Notes under the pieces: generated by a model
What the model saw: the letters and a program-made list of their open reading frames with translations, nothing else
Databases searched by the model: none
What the model was told of the DNA's origin: nothing
Source: Torpedo marmorata
Lineage: Eukaryota
Assembly (NCBI GenBank): GCA_977017645.1
Contig: OZ360250.1
Location: 36,270,001 to 36,334,000 of the forward strand
Length of the DNA: 64,000 bases
Reading direction: 5' to 3'
Part shown: positions 37,408-50,312 of the stretch, piece by piece
Position numbering within the stretch: position 1 is the first letter of the stretch
How the letters are laid out: each line of letters starts with the position of its first letter
Translations under genes and position numbers: made by a program

Positions 37408-37995
37408 AAGAACATTAGGAGCAGGAGTAGACCATCTGGCCCGTCGAACCTGCTCCGCCATTGAATGAAATCATGGCTGATCTGATGATAGGCTCATCTC
37501 CAGCTACCTGCCTTTCCCCCATATCACTTAATTCCCCTACTATGTAAAAATCTATCCAATCTTGTCTTAAATATGTTTACTGAGGTAGCCTCAACTGCTT
37601 CAACGGGCAGAGAATTCCATAGATTCACCACTCTGAGGAACCACTGAGGAACAGCTTCCCGTGGGCAGTGAGAATGTTGAGTGTCCAAATGAACTGCTCA
37701 CAGTAACCATCCGAGACTCTCATATGCATGAAACAATATTTATTTATTTGTATACATGACTACTTGTTCTGCATTTGTATTGTTTGTCTGTATGTATGTG
37801 TATTATGTCTGCTTGTGCATCTGCATGTTTTGCACTGAGGTCCGGAGAACGCTGTTTCGTTAGGTTGTGCTTGTGCAATCATATGACAATAAACTTGACT
37901 TGACTCTCTGGGAAAAGCAGTTCCTCCCCATCTCCATTCTAAATCTACTACCCTGAATCTTGAGGCCATGCCCCCAAGTTCTCGTCTCACCTAAA
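37408..37995 (-). mobile_element. CR1 3' end interrupted by a plus-strand Rex/Babar tail (about 37650-37903)
   Basis: Reverse complement of the CR1 3' region at 59740-60030; the inset ends tgacaataaacttgacttgac. Confidence 0.8.
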
Positions 37996-39074
37996 GTACA
38001 AAGCAAAACATGGATAGTTGGACTGCTATTGCAAGAGAACTCTGATGTTGGATGTGAAAGTGGGATCCATACATTGATGAACATGTTCCAGTAACTGCGT
38101 CTGAAATCAAAGACAAGATCCGGAGAGACTCCATGGTAAAGAGGGTCTATGAAAGGGCATTGAAAGGATTGATGGAATTTGACCAGCGCACAGTAAACTG
38201 AAACTGTTCCACAATCAATGCAATGATTCCATTTCATTTAATAAAGGTTGCAGAGTCATTGAAATGGCAGACAATTGCCAGGAACAAGTTTTTCAAGTAA
38301 ACAGTGAGATGGACTTGGAGATCTCAGCCCTTCTTTAGTTTGTTTGGTTATAGTGCGTTTCACGTCAATCCACTTTGAATGACCATCGATGAATATTTAC
38401 AAATTGACTTTCTTCTTCTCTCGAGGGTCTGGGTGCCCTATCTACAGAGGTCTTGGAGGCCAGTAGCATCAGCGCACATTTCTGGCTTAGATCTACACCT
38501 TCATCAAATGTTACATTTGTTCAACGATGATCGAATGATTGAACATGCTGACATTGTCTGAGAGTTCAGTTTGAAGTTCGGCCCTCTATAATCCCATTTG
38601 ATGGGATCATTCTTGATAGTGTATCATTCTTCCTTTACATCACCAAATGGAGCACCGGAGGGGTCAGTTAGAACAGTTAAGGAAGCCCCCAAGTAACAAG
38701 TGTTGAAGTTCAATACGAAACACCGCTCACCCAATATCTTGCTGAAGAAGCTTTCAGGTGGCATACTGCAAAACTCTTGATAAGAAAATCCTTGTCCAAC
38801 TAAATATGGCGACCAGAGTTGAACAGAAGCAGCTGAGTCAAAAACCTTATGATGGTGTTAATCTAAAGAAAGATAATGGTTCAAACGGCCATGGTGGTGT
38901 CCGTCTCATTCATCAAACCCACACAAAAGGGAGATGTGAAGCTCAGTTGAAATCATGTGACTCCTCCAGTGAAGCAGGTGTCAGAGTCACAGGAATCACT
39001 GCCTGCCCAGTGGGACCAGTCTCCAGAGTGAGATCTTGATCTTTTTCATCTTTTTCCTCAATCAGCTAAAGATT

Positions 39075-39952
39075 AGACCACTGCTCTACTCGTTATACAC
39101 CCATGACTGTGTGGCCAGGCACAATTCCAATGCCATCTACAAGTTTGCCGATGACACCACAGTTGTCGGCAGAATCACAAACGGCAATGAGGAAGCGTAC
39201 AGGAGGGAGATAGATCAGCTCGTTGAATGGTGTAACGACAACAACCTTGCGTTCAACGTCAGCAAAACTAAGGAGATGATTGTGGACTTCAGGAGGAAGT
39301 CAGGGGAACAGGACCCAGTCCTTATCGAGGGCTCAGTAGTGGAGAGGGTCAAGAACTTCAAATTCCTGGTTGTCAACATCTCCGAGGATCTGTCCTGGAG
39401 CCTCCACGTTGATGCAATCACAAAGAAGGCTCGCCAGCGGCTATACTTTGTGAGGAGATTCGGTATGTCACCGAAGACTCTCGTAAACTTCTACAGGTGT
39501 ACCGTGGAGAGCATTCTGCCTGGTATGGAGGCACCAACTCTCAGGACAAGAATAAACTCCAGAGGGTTGTTAACTCGGCCTGTGACATCACAGGCACCAG
39601 ACTTCACTCCATCGAGGACATCTACACGAGGCGGTGTCTTAAAAAAGCAGCCTCTGTCCTCAAAGATCCCCACCACCCAGGCCATGCCCTCTTCACTCTG
39701 CTACCATCGGGAAAAAGGTAGAGGAGCCTAAAGACGAGCACTCAACGGCACAAGGACAGCTTCTTCCCCGCTGCCATCAGATTCCTGAATAATCAATGAA
39801 CCAAAGACACTGCCTTACTTTTTGTGCACTATTATTTATATATTTTTTTATAGTAATGTCGTAAGATGGTTATAATATGAATGTTTACACTATGATGCTG
39901 CCGCAAAACACCAAATTTCATGACTTGTTCATGACAATAAATTCTGATTCCG
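39075..39952 (+). mobile_element. Rex1/Babar-type LINE RT and 3' end
   Basis: PLLYSLYTHDC...YKFADDTTVVG...WC.DNNL..NVSKTKEMIVDFR. Confidence 0.92.
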
Positions 39953-39959
39953 ACTCATC

Positions 39960-40210
39960 GTCGTGTCGGAGGTTTGGATCTGGAGCTCAGGTTGCCGATG
40001 GTTTGAACTGGAGTCTTGTGTGGCTGTAGGCAAATCCACGGACACTCACTGACTCTGAGGGGACTCTCTCTTGTTCTCCTTCTCTGACTGTAAGGAGCGC
40101 CAGGCGATGCTAATGGCAAATCTTTATCTGCCTTATGGTAGACTGGATGCAATTTCATATAATATGACATTTCTGTTTTATTACATGACAATAAATAGGA
40201 TCTGATCTGA
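39960..40210 (+). mobile_element. Truncated copy of the 34918-35720 retroposon
   Basis: cgtgtcggaggtttggatctggagctc matches the reverse complement of about 35160-35188. Confidence 0.7.
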
Positions 40211-40396
40211 ACTGGTGCAGTGAAAGTGAGTTCCATTATCTATGGCTCCCGAGAACTACAAAGTGGTCCATATTAGCCGAGATCTCACCATGGACTTTTA
40301 TTGTTGGTGGACAGTGATGAAAAGTGATTAACGTTCGCCAGATGCACATTCACCTGCCCGGTATGTTTTCTATATTCTTGATCCATACCCTTAAGG

Positions 40397-40557
40397 CAGT
40401 GGTTCTCAACCTTTTTTTCCCACTCACATACCACCTTAGGTAATCCCTTACTAACCACAGAGAATCCTATGCCATCCTATGCCATAGGTGCTCTGTGATT
40501 AGTAAGGGATTACTTAAGGTGGTATGTGAGTGGGGGAAAAAAGGTTGAGAATTACTG
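40397..40557. mobile_element. Palindromic hAT/Charlie-type MITE
   Basis: cagtggttctcaacc ... ggttgagaattactg; about 70-bp arms; 8-bp flanks ccttaagg and ccataaag. Confidence 0.8.
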
Positions 40558-41234
40558 CCATAAAGTATGAAAAGACTCAGTGATGACCAGGAAGAGATGA
40601 GGTTTCCACAGAAACACCATCACTGCTGCTGTTCACCAAGATCTTGGTTATGTTTTTGATCCTCCAATACCATTTATTTTGCCACCTGCCAAATGTCTCG
40701 CATGCTTGACAAAATAATGAGTTGGTCTCCATGGGCCAATAACATTTCCACAATTTAACTTATTCAGCGTTCAATTGTATAAGTGTGTTGATGAATGCAT
40801 CTTTCGTTTGCACTTATGCAAACATATTTGCATCAATCATTTTAACAGAAACTGCTGTAGCGCTGAAAGACGAGAACACTACCATGCAAGTAAACCCATG
40901 CTCACCCATTTGCCAATACCCTCCGCTTCATTTCCAATCTCTTACAAAATAATGGAACATGAGTCAATTATGATTTAAATCTGCTACCAAATTAATCCAT
41001 ATTCCCTGGAGAGAACAATTTGTTAGCGCTGGACTGCTAAAGCTGAAGTTCTGTTCTGAAACACGTCATTCAAATGTCAGAACAATTAAACAATTGCTGT
41101 GAAAACTCTGACCTCCGTCGAGTGATTGATTAATGTGCTGCCCTTTCACCTCTGGTTCAAAGATCAAGTTCAACTCAGGCTGCTGGTATGAAAGTTTTGT
41201 TTTTCTGTGGGGGGGGGGCGTGTTTGTGCAGAAA

Positions 41235-41690
41235 GATCACAAGATATAGGCGCAGAAGTAGGCCCATTGGCCCATCGAGTCTGCTCCGCCATTCTAATCA
41301 TGAGCTGATCCATCCTCCCACAGCCCCACTCCCCGGCTTTCTCCCCGTAACTCTTGATACCCTGACTAATCAAATACCTGTCAATCTCTGCCTTAAGTAC
41401 ACCCAACGACCTTGCTTCCACAGCCACATGTGGCAACAACCCTGACTCATGATCCTCTGACTAAAGAAATTTTTCCACATCTCTGTTTTAAATTGACGCC
41501 CTTTTATCCTGAAGCTATGATGTCTTGTCCAAGAATCCCCAACCATGGGAAACATCCTTGCCACATCTACTCCATCCAGGTCTTTCAGCATTCAAAATGC
41601 CCCCCTCATCCTTCTGTATTCCCAACGAGTACTGTTCAAGAGCTGACAATCGTTCCTCATATGGTAACCCTTTCATTCCTGGTATCCTTC
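41235..41690 (-). mobile_element. CR1 LINE 3' fragment
   Basis: LDGVDVARMFPMVG...KNFFSQR plus 3' UTR. Confidence 0.85.
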
Positions 41691-42159
41691 CAGTATACTT
41701 ACGTCACTTCACCGTTGGTCCCTTTGTGGGTGGGCCCACAACCACAGTAGTGGTCAATAACTTGGGCATTATTTCACCAACTCATCGACTGTGGGAAATG
41801 ATAATATTAAAACGACCACGTTACAAAAATTAAAGCTAAAAATTTCAGGCATGCGCACAACAGATCGTCTCTCATGAAGGACGGTGGGAAAGACCTGGGG
41901 CTGGATTATGCTGGAACTGGACTGCTCCCTGAGATTGGCACCTACTGTTTGCCTGCGTCCCCATTGATCTCACTGACCCTCCCTATTAAAATGTCCAGCA
42001 ACTAGGTCCATACAGCAACTGAAGCTTATCCCCAAAACACCACCAACGGCCTTTGTCAACCAACACAGACAAGGGAAGAGCTTTGCCAGCTGTCAAATTT
42101 CTCACTATCATCAAAGTTTTTAAATATCTTTGACATTCAGCATCATTTAAAGTTTAATC

Positions 42160-42856
42160 AAATAACTTTTTCAACTTTTCAACTATACTCCAGGTGGAGC
42201 TACGACCCAATCCAATAACTGCTCTTTTCGGGGTTATTCACCCAGACATAGGGAGTTTTTCTGTACCTGTTCAATGGATTGTGGCCTTCTCTACATTGTT
42301 GGCTAGAAGAGCCATCCTATTCAAATGGAAAGACTCTAGACCTTCAACAGTGTTTCAATGGTTTTCTCATATTATGTCTTGTCTAAGCTTGGAAAAAATT
42401 AGATATTTGATTCATCGGTGAAATTTGAAGATACACAGCGACCTTTTATGTCTTATTTGCATTTCATATGATGTAACTGTTTCTAATGTGATTAGATGTA
42501 TTTACTCTTCCAGATGAGATATAGTCTTACCTTCGTTTTTTTGATTTACGGTAGGAACCAAAAACTACAAAATATATGTAACCCTCAGGATAAGCTGCTC
42601 AGCTGTTTGTTTTTTTGGACAGTTGTTTCTTTTTTTTTATTAGAGTAGGTTAGGTGGGGTGTTTTTTTATATATATATAATACTCTTGATGGTTTTTTTT
42701 TCACTTTCACCCATTGCAGTTGAGTGGGGCTGAGTTTATACTGTTTGAAGTTTTATCTTAATATATATACGTGATATTGTATTTTCAGTTTCGTTCCCTT
42801 TTCTTCATTGTATTGTATTTCTTATAAAAACCAATAAAAAAGATTGAAAAAAAAAA
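42160..42856 (+). mobile_element. L1-clade LINE 3' end
   Basis: PNPITALFG...AFSTLLARRAILFKWK...W..IMSCLSLEKIRY, T-rich UTR, AATAAA and poly(A). Confidence 0.8.
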
Positions 42857-42884
42857 CTTTTTCCAACTATTAAAATAGCAGGGT

Positions 42885-43603
42885 AAAGAGGGTGAGCAAA
42901 TTTAAGTTCTTGGGTGTCACTATCTCAGAGGATCTTTCCTGGACCCAACACACCAATGGGATCGTGAAGAAAGCATGTCAGCGCCTCTACTTCCTCAGGA
43001 GTTTGCGGAGGTTTGGTATGACACCAGAAACCCTGGCAAATTTCTACAGATGTGTGGTGGAAAGTGTGCTGACCGGCTGCATCACGGTCTGGTATGAGAA
43101 CACCAATACCCCTGAGCGTAAAGCCCTGCAAAAGGTAGTGGACACAGCCCAGGACATCACAGGCTAAACCCTCCCCACCATCGAGAATTATGGGAAACGC
43201 TGCCATTGGAGAGCAGCAGCAATCATCAAGGATCCGCACCAGAACAGAGCACATGCTCTGTTCTCGCTGCTGCCATCAGGAAAGAGGTACAGGTGCCACA
43301 AGACTCGCACCACCAGGTTCAGGAACAGCTGCTACCCCTCCACCATCAGACTCCTCAACAACAAACTCAATCATGAACTCATTTAAGGACTCTTACTTTT
43401 GCACTTTATTGATTTTTTTCTCTCTGCATTGCACAGTTTGTTTACATTTCTTTATTTGTTTACATGTGTGGGTTGAGTACAGTTTTTTTTGCACTACCAA
43501 TAAGTGGTAATTTTTCCTCACCTACAGGCAAAATAATATCAGGGTTGTCTGTGATGTCATGTATGTACTCTGACAATAAATCTGAAATCTGAAATCTGAA
43601 TCT
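42885..43603 (+). mobile_element. Rex1/Babar-type LINE 3' fragment
   Basis: FKFLGVTISEDLSW...QRLYFLR; same subfamily as 3620-4135. Confidence 0.9.
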
Positions 43604-44449
43604 GATGGTAAAAGCAACTGTTGCACTACCGTGTCTCATGCACCGTGCCATGAGGCACGGTGTATGGCTCTCTTGGTTCCTGTTACTGTAAGTCAGACAG
43701 AATAGTGAAAATAGTTACAGTATCTCTATCTGGGTTCATAAGTAGCAGGAACAAAGCATCAGTTTTGCATTTGGAATAAAACAAACGCAGAACAGTAATG
43801 TATTATTGGAAGAACATAAAGCAGTCTCCATTCCGAGGCACCCATTTTCCACCAATTTGGTTTTAATTAACTTTACTTTAACTCAGATATAAACTCCCTC
43901 TCCTTAATCCCCTATGATTATCCATCCCCTTTGGTAAAGTGTAAATGGCATAAGGTATTGTTACTGCAACTCAGAAGTTGATGACATCAACCGCTGATCC
44001 ACTCTCTGGTTTTGCATTTTCTTAAGAAGCTGTGTTTTAATTTTGGTAAAATTTCAACCAGGCTTCTCTGGTTAACAAGCAGTGAGCTAGAAATTCTACA
44101 ACATCATGTTAATATGTTTTATGTGATACAGAATTGTTCTTAAGATCTGGAATCCCATTGCTAAATGCGAATGGCATTTGTGTGCACATCCAGCTCTTTG
44201 TGTGTCCTGTAGTCCAGCCAGTCTCAACCTTTTCTTTGGCTATGGCCCCCTTAGGACTCTGCTTAAAGTTTATGGGCCCCCTTCCCTGTGAAGTTTTGGT
44301 TTCTTCCGTACTTCTCTCCTACCGACGACATAAAATCATAAAAAATATTTATGTTACGTGAGGTGAAAAGCAAACGAGGCTTTTACTTAAAGGTGCTGTG
44401 GCCCCCAGGGGGTTTGTAGGGTCCTTAATGAGAATAGCTGGTTTAGATA

Positions 44450-44880
44450 ATGAGAGGGATTGTGGTGTTAAGTTCGTTGGGAGAAAGAGTGGGGGGGATT
44501 GTGGTGCTAGGTTCGTTGGGAGCGAGAGTGGGTGGATTGTGGTGCTCAGTTCATTGGGAGCGAGAGTGGGGGGGATTGTGGTGCTACGTTCGTTGGGAAC
44601 GAGAGTGGGGGGATTGTGGTGCTACGTTCGTTGGGAGCGAGACTGGGGGGATTGTGGTGCTACGTTCGTTGGGAACGAGAGTGGGGGGATTGTGGTGCTA
44701 CGTTCGTTGGGAGCGAGAGTGGGTGGATTGTGGTGCTACGTTCATTGGGAACGAGAGTGGGGGGATTGTGGTGCTCAGTTCATTGGGAGCGAGAGTGGGA
44801 GGGGGATTGTGGGGCTGTTCATTGGGAACAAGAGTGGGAGGGGGATTGTGGGGCTAGCTTCGTTGGGAGTGAGAGTCGGG
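44450..44880. repeat. About 38-bp G-rich minisatellite, about 11 copies
   Basis: Unit ggattgtggtgctacgttcgttggga(a/g)cgagagtgggg. Confidence 0.92.
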
Positions 44881-45809
44881 TGAACATTCACTAAAAAATT
44901 TATATCCACGAGAATCTATCTGGAAGGTGGGCTCAGAATGAAGTGAAGGTGTCAGCTTCTTAACTAATGCTGATGAAACATCAGAGCTCTACAATGCTTA
45001 GAGCAACTTTACACATGATGATAAAACAGTTTGCCTGCCTACTCTATGTCCACATATTTAGATACCGTGGTTCAAAATGAGCTGGAAGTTAAATGAGGCT
45101 CCGATAATGAGCACACAACTAAAGCTGTCTCCAGGGTGATGGAACTCCTACACCAATCTTCCCTGCCCTGTGGAGTGCAGTGAATGTTTGTGAAAAGCCA
45201 CGGCAAATTGCATGGCGAGGACAAAACAAACATCCGGACAATTTTCCTCAAGCTCAAATCCTCAACCAACTTATAGGGTTAGAGTTTGCAATGTCGGCAG
45301 CAAGATGAGTTATGGACCAGGTAAAGAACCTCCCACACAAGGTAGCAGTCCTGCCCAACAGGGTGGGGGAGCATACCCTGATGTACTTAATCGCTTATGA
45401 AAAGAATTGCACGCGATGGTTGAATAATTTGGCTTCGACTTCCATTTGTTGAATTTTGGGTGGGGTTTTCCTCACTATCCTTTTGCCCACACCAACTGCC
45501 TCTCTGCACCCTCTCTGTTTGCTTGAACATCAACCCCCAGCTGCCTCTCGGGACTGTCAACAATCCTGTTGGCATAACAGCCCATTCTAGGGATCAGGAC
45601 TGCAGTGTAAACACAGGAAAGTCCTCTTGAAAGATGTCTTACACTATTTGCTTTAAATAGAAGTGTGGGGTCCCTCTCGTCACCGACACCACGTATTGTA
45701 AACCAAAATACAGCTTTGATTTGGGGAGGTGCTTGTCTGCTGAGTTTTCAATGCAAAATAAAACTCTCGGGTTATTAAAATGGTTGATTAAATTGAGGAT
45801 CTCTTCTCG

Positions 45810-46475
45810 AGTCCTCATCGAGGGCTCAGTAGTGGAGAGGGTCAAGAACTTCAAATTCCTGGGTGTCAACATCTCCGAGGATCTGTCCTGGAGCCTCCAC
45901 GTTGATGCAATCACAAAGAAGGCTCGCCAGCGGCTATACTTTGTGAGGTGTCTGAGGAGATTCGATATGTCACCGAAGACTCTCGTAAACTTCTACAGGT
46001 GTACCGTGGAGAGCATTCTAGCTGGTTGCATCACTGCCTGGTATGGAGGCGCCAACTCTCAGGACAATAATAAACTCCAGAGAGTTGTTAACTCAGCCTA
46101 TGACATCACAGGCACCAGACTTCACTCCATTGAGGACATCTACACGAGACGGTGTCTTAAAAAAGCAGCCTCTGTCCTTAAAGACTCCCACCATGCCCTC
46201 TTCACTCTGCTAGCATCAGGAAAAAGATAGAGGAGCCTAAAGACGAGCACTCAACGGCACAAGGACAGCTTCTTCCCCGCTGCCATCAGATTCCTGAATA
46301 ATCAATGAACCAAAGACACTGCCTTACTTTTTGTGCACTATTATTTATATATTTTTTATAGTAATGTCGTAAGATGGTAATAATATGAATGTTTACACTA
46401 TGATGCTGCCGCAAAAGACCAAATTTCATGACTTTTTTCATGACAATAAATTCTGATTCTAACTTCTGATTCTGA
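45810..46475 (+). mobile_element. Rex1/Babar-type LINE 3' fragment
   Basis: Nearly identical to about 39318-39950. Confidence 0.9.
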
Positions 46476-47350
46476 GTCTGATGGGAACCCTGAACAGATT
46501 TTGCTTGCTTGGCTTTCTGGTTCCCTCCACAGAAGGGAAAGGTACTGATCTACACACGAGCTGAAGTATTGAGAGTCCCAGATTTCACTCGGCGCATCCC
46601 CTGCCTTCTCCTTGAAGCGCAGTTGGCATGCTCAGTAAAGCCGGAGACTTCCCCCAACACCACCCCCTCCCCCCCACCAAGTAATTATTATGCTGGCCAA
46701 TCAGTGGGACACCAGTGCTGCGATCTAACTGAAAATTGTACGGCAATGAATGAGAATTGACTGACCAAGGCTCAGAGAGTGCGAACAATACTGGGGTCCG
46801 ACTGAAACCAAGCCAAGTAATGATATAATGACCTTTAATGAGCATCTGGGGAAGCCATCGAGTACCACAGTAATAGACAAAGGGCAAGAAATATCATAGC
46901 TGCACTGACACTAATTCAAGCTGATTCTCAATGCAGCTGAAGAATGTAAGTAAGGAAATGTGATCTGTATGTTTGACCTGCCTTTGAGTCCAACCCCCAG
47001 TGTTGCCATTTCTAATTGTCAAATAGTCAACATTTCACATCTGCTCAGACTAATTTAGCGAAAATCTGATCCTCACCCTGCACTGTCCTTTATTTCCCTT
47101 CCACCCCACCCCCCTTCTTTCACAAACTGGCTCAGGCCTTGAGCGGCACTGAGTTCCAATGTGCCAGTGTGCCCATTGTTCCTGCTGGCCTGGCAGTATC
47201 CACAAGTCATTTCATCAGTCCGGGGACTGGAATCATTCCCAAGGGAAGCAGGAAGCTTTTCAGGTGCATCGGTAACTGAGTGGAGACTGCGCTGCTGCAA
47301 CTTAAATGAGTGGCGTCGTGACAAAAACCAGTTGCTGGAGATGGGAAACA

Positions 47351-47465
47351 CAGTAAAATCCCCGTTATCTGGAATTCAAGCATCCGGAAGCCTCAAGCAA
47401 CCGTAAAATTCACTTATCCGGCATCTACCAATCCCCATAGGTGCTGGATACCTGGGGTCTTACTG
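47351..47465. mobile_element. Small Tigger-like MITE
   Basis: cagtaaaatcccc ... ggggtcttactg|ta. Confidence 0.55.
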
Positions 47466-47674
47466 TATGTACAAAATGTTGAAGATGCTCATCAATCAGG
47501 GGCATCTGTGGAGAGAGAAACAGAGTCTGCCTTTCTTCAACCTGCAAGGATGACCCTGAACTTGCCTAAAAAAGAACTGGTTCTGATGAAATGTCATCCA
47601 CATAAAATCACACCTTTCTTTTCTGCAGATGCCGCCTGACCTGGTGAGTAGCTCCACCATTTTATATCTTTATC

Positions 47675-47868
47675 GCATAGAACATTACAGCACAAGAACA
47701 GTCCCTTTGGCCCTTCTAGTCTGTGCCAAACTATTATTCTGCCTAGTCCCACTGACCTGCACCCAGTCCATAGCCCTCCATGCCCCACCCATCCATGTAC
47801 CTGTTCAAATTCTTCTTAAATGTTAAAATTCAGCCCGCATTCACCACTTCAGCTGGCAGCTCGTTCCA
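47675..47868 (-). mobile_element. CR1 3' end
   Basis: Reverse complement of the family at 1-225. Confidence 0.8.
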
Positions 47869-50087
47869 AATAAGTAAGCAGAGGAGCGTTGATGTATGCC
47901 GCCAGCGATTTTGGAACGTTTGTGCCAACCAGCTGGAGTTCAAGGTTGGGCGGCCCCTTCAAGGGATTGGAGGGGCACAATCTGACTTCAGCAATGACCG
48001 ACTTGGGTTCACCGCTGACTTGGCAGGTTGAGACCGATACTTGTCCAGAAAAAAAAACAGTTTGGGACTGGCGTCCCCTCACTCGCTGAAGGCCTCGTTC
48101 ACATATGGCCACATTTCATCTTCATATTTCCCATAAAGTAGGAGTTCATTCGGCCCATCAAGTCCATAGCAGTTCCCAGACCAAGCCCATCAATCGCACC
48201 ACCCCCTGTTATTCCCAGTAACCTGTTCTTTTTGGCATGCTCATCTGTACCAACTTCCTACACTCGGAGAAATTCATAGTGGCCAATTAACCTACTAACC
48301 TGCACATCTTTGGGTTGATCCTGGATCTTTATGGTTCCATTTCTCTTTCTTTCTCACTATCTCTTTGCTCATCTTTGGCACCTTAACTGTATTTATTTAT
48401 TTCTCTCTCTCTTCCCCTATCTCTCTTTCCATCTCCCTCACACAGCTCTCTCTCTTGCTTTCTCCCTCCCCTTCTCCTTCTCTCTCTCCCACACACACTC
48501 TCTCTTTCCATTACTTCAGCCATCATTCACTGGAATTCCCCCTTTTACACCACCCCTCTCCCTGTCTCTTATATGCTCACCAATCTATTAAAACCCATTT
48601 CCTTGATAATGCTTCACGTCTTCCTCCCTCATCGGCTGGACGGTGCCACCATGAACCAGCAGCCCAGCTGAGAACTTCTAGCCAAAAAGTGCCAATCCGT
48701 CTTTTATAAAGTACAGAATGGGCCTCTGGATGCCAGTGCTTTTGCCGAGGTGAAGCCAAAAAGATCCGTGTGACTTGGGATGTTGGCGTCACTTGCCTAA
48801 CCTCAGTTTGGGCAACTCGTGAAAGGAGCCCTTGTTTTATTTCTTGCAGCTGTACAAAATGTGCAGGTAAAAGTCCATTAAAACATCAGTGCTTGGCTTT
48901 GTGTAGACTACAGCTGCAATCTGAATGTTCAGAGGGGTTTTGTTTGGGGAAAAAACATCATCATCTCCCAAAAACAATTTAAAGTTGGACCCAAAGCAAC
49001 GTGATTTGAGTTATTCGTTTGTGAGCAGTCAGATTACCATCTCTGGCACCTTACTCAGTTGAGTAAAGCCTTGTGCCACAGTGCATCTGGCTGGTAATTT
49101 CAGATAGCAAACTAACTCCAGACAGAAATGAGTCTGATTATGGAGAGATTTGACTTAATTTGCAACAACTTCATTCAGACTGAATGTGACCTCCTGGTGT
49201 AAATGGAGTATAATGTTGTGAAATAAGATGAGAGAGTTACGAATTCTTATTATTTAGCAACAGCGCAGGGTCAAGTATTCTGATTCAACCTTTCCACTAG
49301 GGTCAGCAGTGCGCGGTCTAATATGAGCTAAAGTTCCAGGGTTAGGTAAAACAATGAGATATCTGGCATGATGTTCCACGTTTACAGAGGGTTTTAAGTT
49401 TACTTCACATCTGTTAAATTACACACACACCAGTCAGTCTTTACTGTTGGTTTTAACAGACTTTAAATCCCCTTCCCAGCTAACATCCTTCAGATGTTTT
49501 TGATCTTCAGACACTTGATTCCAGAGCCATAGTGACAGAGAATTACATCTCCCTGAAGTACGTTTCCCCACCTTCACTCTGTATCAGGGTTTGGACTCCT
49601 TTCACTGATGCATCAAGGGAATCCGGAACAGCTGGGAGAGGTGGGAATCTTAGCAACAGAGTGGGCTCGCCGATGGGCGAGGACATTTTGGGTGCTGCTT
49701 CGGGCTAATGCAAATGGGGGTAGTTTGACAGAAAGAGAGATAATAACAAACTTAAAACAGAGGGATAGATGTAAATTAACCAGCTTTATCCCACTTACTC
49801 TGGCTACTTTAACTTTAATGAAGTCACTTTGCCATAGATAATCCAAATGACATTTAAATACATGGAATATTTTCAATACCAACATCAAAGCTGCACGGTG
49901 GGTCTCTCATGCTAACGCGTAGACCCACATACTAGCAAAGCATACGCAAAGCCAACGTAGTCACTGGGAAGCTCAATGTACAAAGCAACAGTGGCGGCTA
50001 GAGAACAACTTACTTTACCACAGTATACAACACAGAGGGGACGACTCCACACACGACTGACATGGAACAGCATGGGGTTAAACTTAC

Positions 50088-50261
50088 AGGCACGCAAACT
50101 GGTGGAGCAATCATTAACAGAGACAGAAGAAAGTGGGAAGGTTCTCTCAAGGGTGTCCAGGTTACTATGGACACTGTCTGACATGCAAGTGCAGTCACGC
50201 TCAGAACGTCCACAATCAAAACAACATGCGAGTTTCATTCTCTTGTAGATGGACATCTTGG
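50088..50261 (-). CDS. KCNMA1: KCNMA1 STREX alternative exon: (P)KMSIYKRMKLACCFDCGRSERDCTCMSDSVHSNLDTLERTFPLSSVSVNDCSTSLRA(F)
   Basis: Within ORF 49912..50313(-). Boundaries gattatag|CCAAGATG...CGTGCCT|gtaagt. Exactly 174 nt, phase 1-1, cysteine-rich STREX sequence. Confidence 0.97.
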
Positions 50262-50312
50262 CTATAATCATGTTTTCAATGGAAGGAGAGGAAGAGGAGC
50301 ATATTAATGGCA
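50262..50312 (-). promoter_or_regulatory. STREX 3' splice site with CaRRE1-like element
   Basis: Minus strand reads gccattaatatgctcctcttcctctccttccattgaaAACATGATTATag. AACATGATTAT matches 10 of 11 positions of the recalled CaRRE1 consensus CACATNRTTAT and sits between the pyrimidine tract and the AG. Confidence 0.7.

Noticed and set aside
23394-44880. Short tandem arrays as CRISPR-like repeats
   Set aside because: No unique spacers, no cas genes, vertebrate intron; ordinary minisatellites.
47470-47660. Older degenerate Penelope fold-back (similar signal at about 59250-59410)
   Set aside because: Too diverged to define arms or a TSD confidently.
11165-50087. Homologue of the mammalian e22-type insert (KVAARSRYSKDPFEF-like)
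   Set aside because: I could not find it by eye in this intron; tBLASTn would be needed to exclude a diverged copy.
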